10,847 nt of DNA. It comes from Prasinococcaceae sp. CCMP 1430. Lineage: Eukaryota > Plantae > Prasinodermophyta. Each line of letters opens with the position of its first letter. Positions within the stretch are counted from its first letter, which is position 1. The stretch covers positions 1-10,847 of the forward strand of contig RQSC01000456.1 in NCBI GenBank assembly GCA_013416795.1. The letters run 5' to 3'. Shown here one piece after another: positions 10,591 through 10,847 of this stretch. Made by a program: the position numbers and the translations under genes. The notes beneath the pieces are model-generated. The model did not search any database. It saw only the letters and a program-made list of their open reading frames with translations, and was not told where the DNA came from.

Positions 10591-10662
10591 TATTTGTGTG
10601 CATTCACTTGGAGGGTCGAATTGATTTTGATTTTGTTCGCGGGCTTTTTTTTTTTTTAGGGC

Positions 10663-10670
10663 GCGCCACA
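10663..10670 (+). promoter_or_regulatory. Candidate promoter motif GCGCCACA
   Basis: Context ttagggcgcgccacagcgcgcgcgg closely parallels ttagggcgccacagcgtgcgcgg starting at 5938. Confidence 0.35.
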
Positions 10671-10826
10671 GCGCGCGCGGGGCGCGGGCGGAGCTGCCTC
10701 CCCCGCACACGCACGCACACACACGCTCTTTGTCCCCGGGGAGGCGTCGCTCGGCGGGTGGGGCGGGAGGTCGGGCGCCGGGCTGGGACCGCTCCCGACG
10801 CGCCGAGGCGAGAGCCCGGCAGCGCG

Positions 10827-10847
10827 ATGCGCGCGCCGGCGGCGGCG
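10827..10847 (+). CDS. Possible start of a next gene (MRAPAAA...), truncated by the window edge
   Basis: ATG 156 nt after the GCGCCACA motif in a GC-rich leader. Only 7 codons are visible. Confidence 0.2.

Overview
Very GC-rich eukaryotic genomic DNA with spliceosomal introns, from a ciliated/flagellated, probably algal or protist lineage; the taxon cannot be fixed from this window. Four protein-coding genes are supported. (1) A six-exon kinesin-2 motor subunit, KIF3B/FLA8-like (+, 145-3312), whose first coding exon is apparently just the ATG and whose intron 1 holds a ~190-nt (CA)n array. (2) An intronless PEX16 peroxin (-, 3650-4981). (3) An uncharacterised protein with an OB-fold-like segment, a CCCH zinc finger and a SAM-dependent methyltransferase-like domain (+, frame open 5942-7423, start unresolved). 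(4) A two-exon co-chaperone with J-domain, B-box-like zinc finger and two CS-like domains (-, 7452-9388). Non-coding signals include a strand-oriented GCGCCACA motif ahead of each gene start, AT-richer intergenic islands sharing AGGGTCT/TAGGGTTT words, overlapping 22-bp palindromes in the divergent intergenic region, and a 110-bp-period tandem repeat containing TTTAGGG. There is also an orphan coding-like exon next to an assembly gap. Most long ORFs in the track are GC-bias shadow frames. I see no transposase, CRISPR array, RNA gene or clear multi-gene novel system. The best leads are the two uncharacterised domain architectures and the candidate promoter motif.
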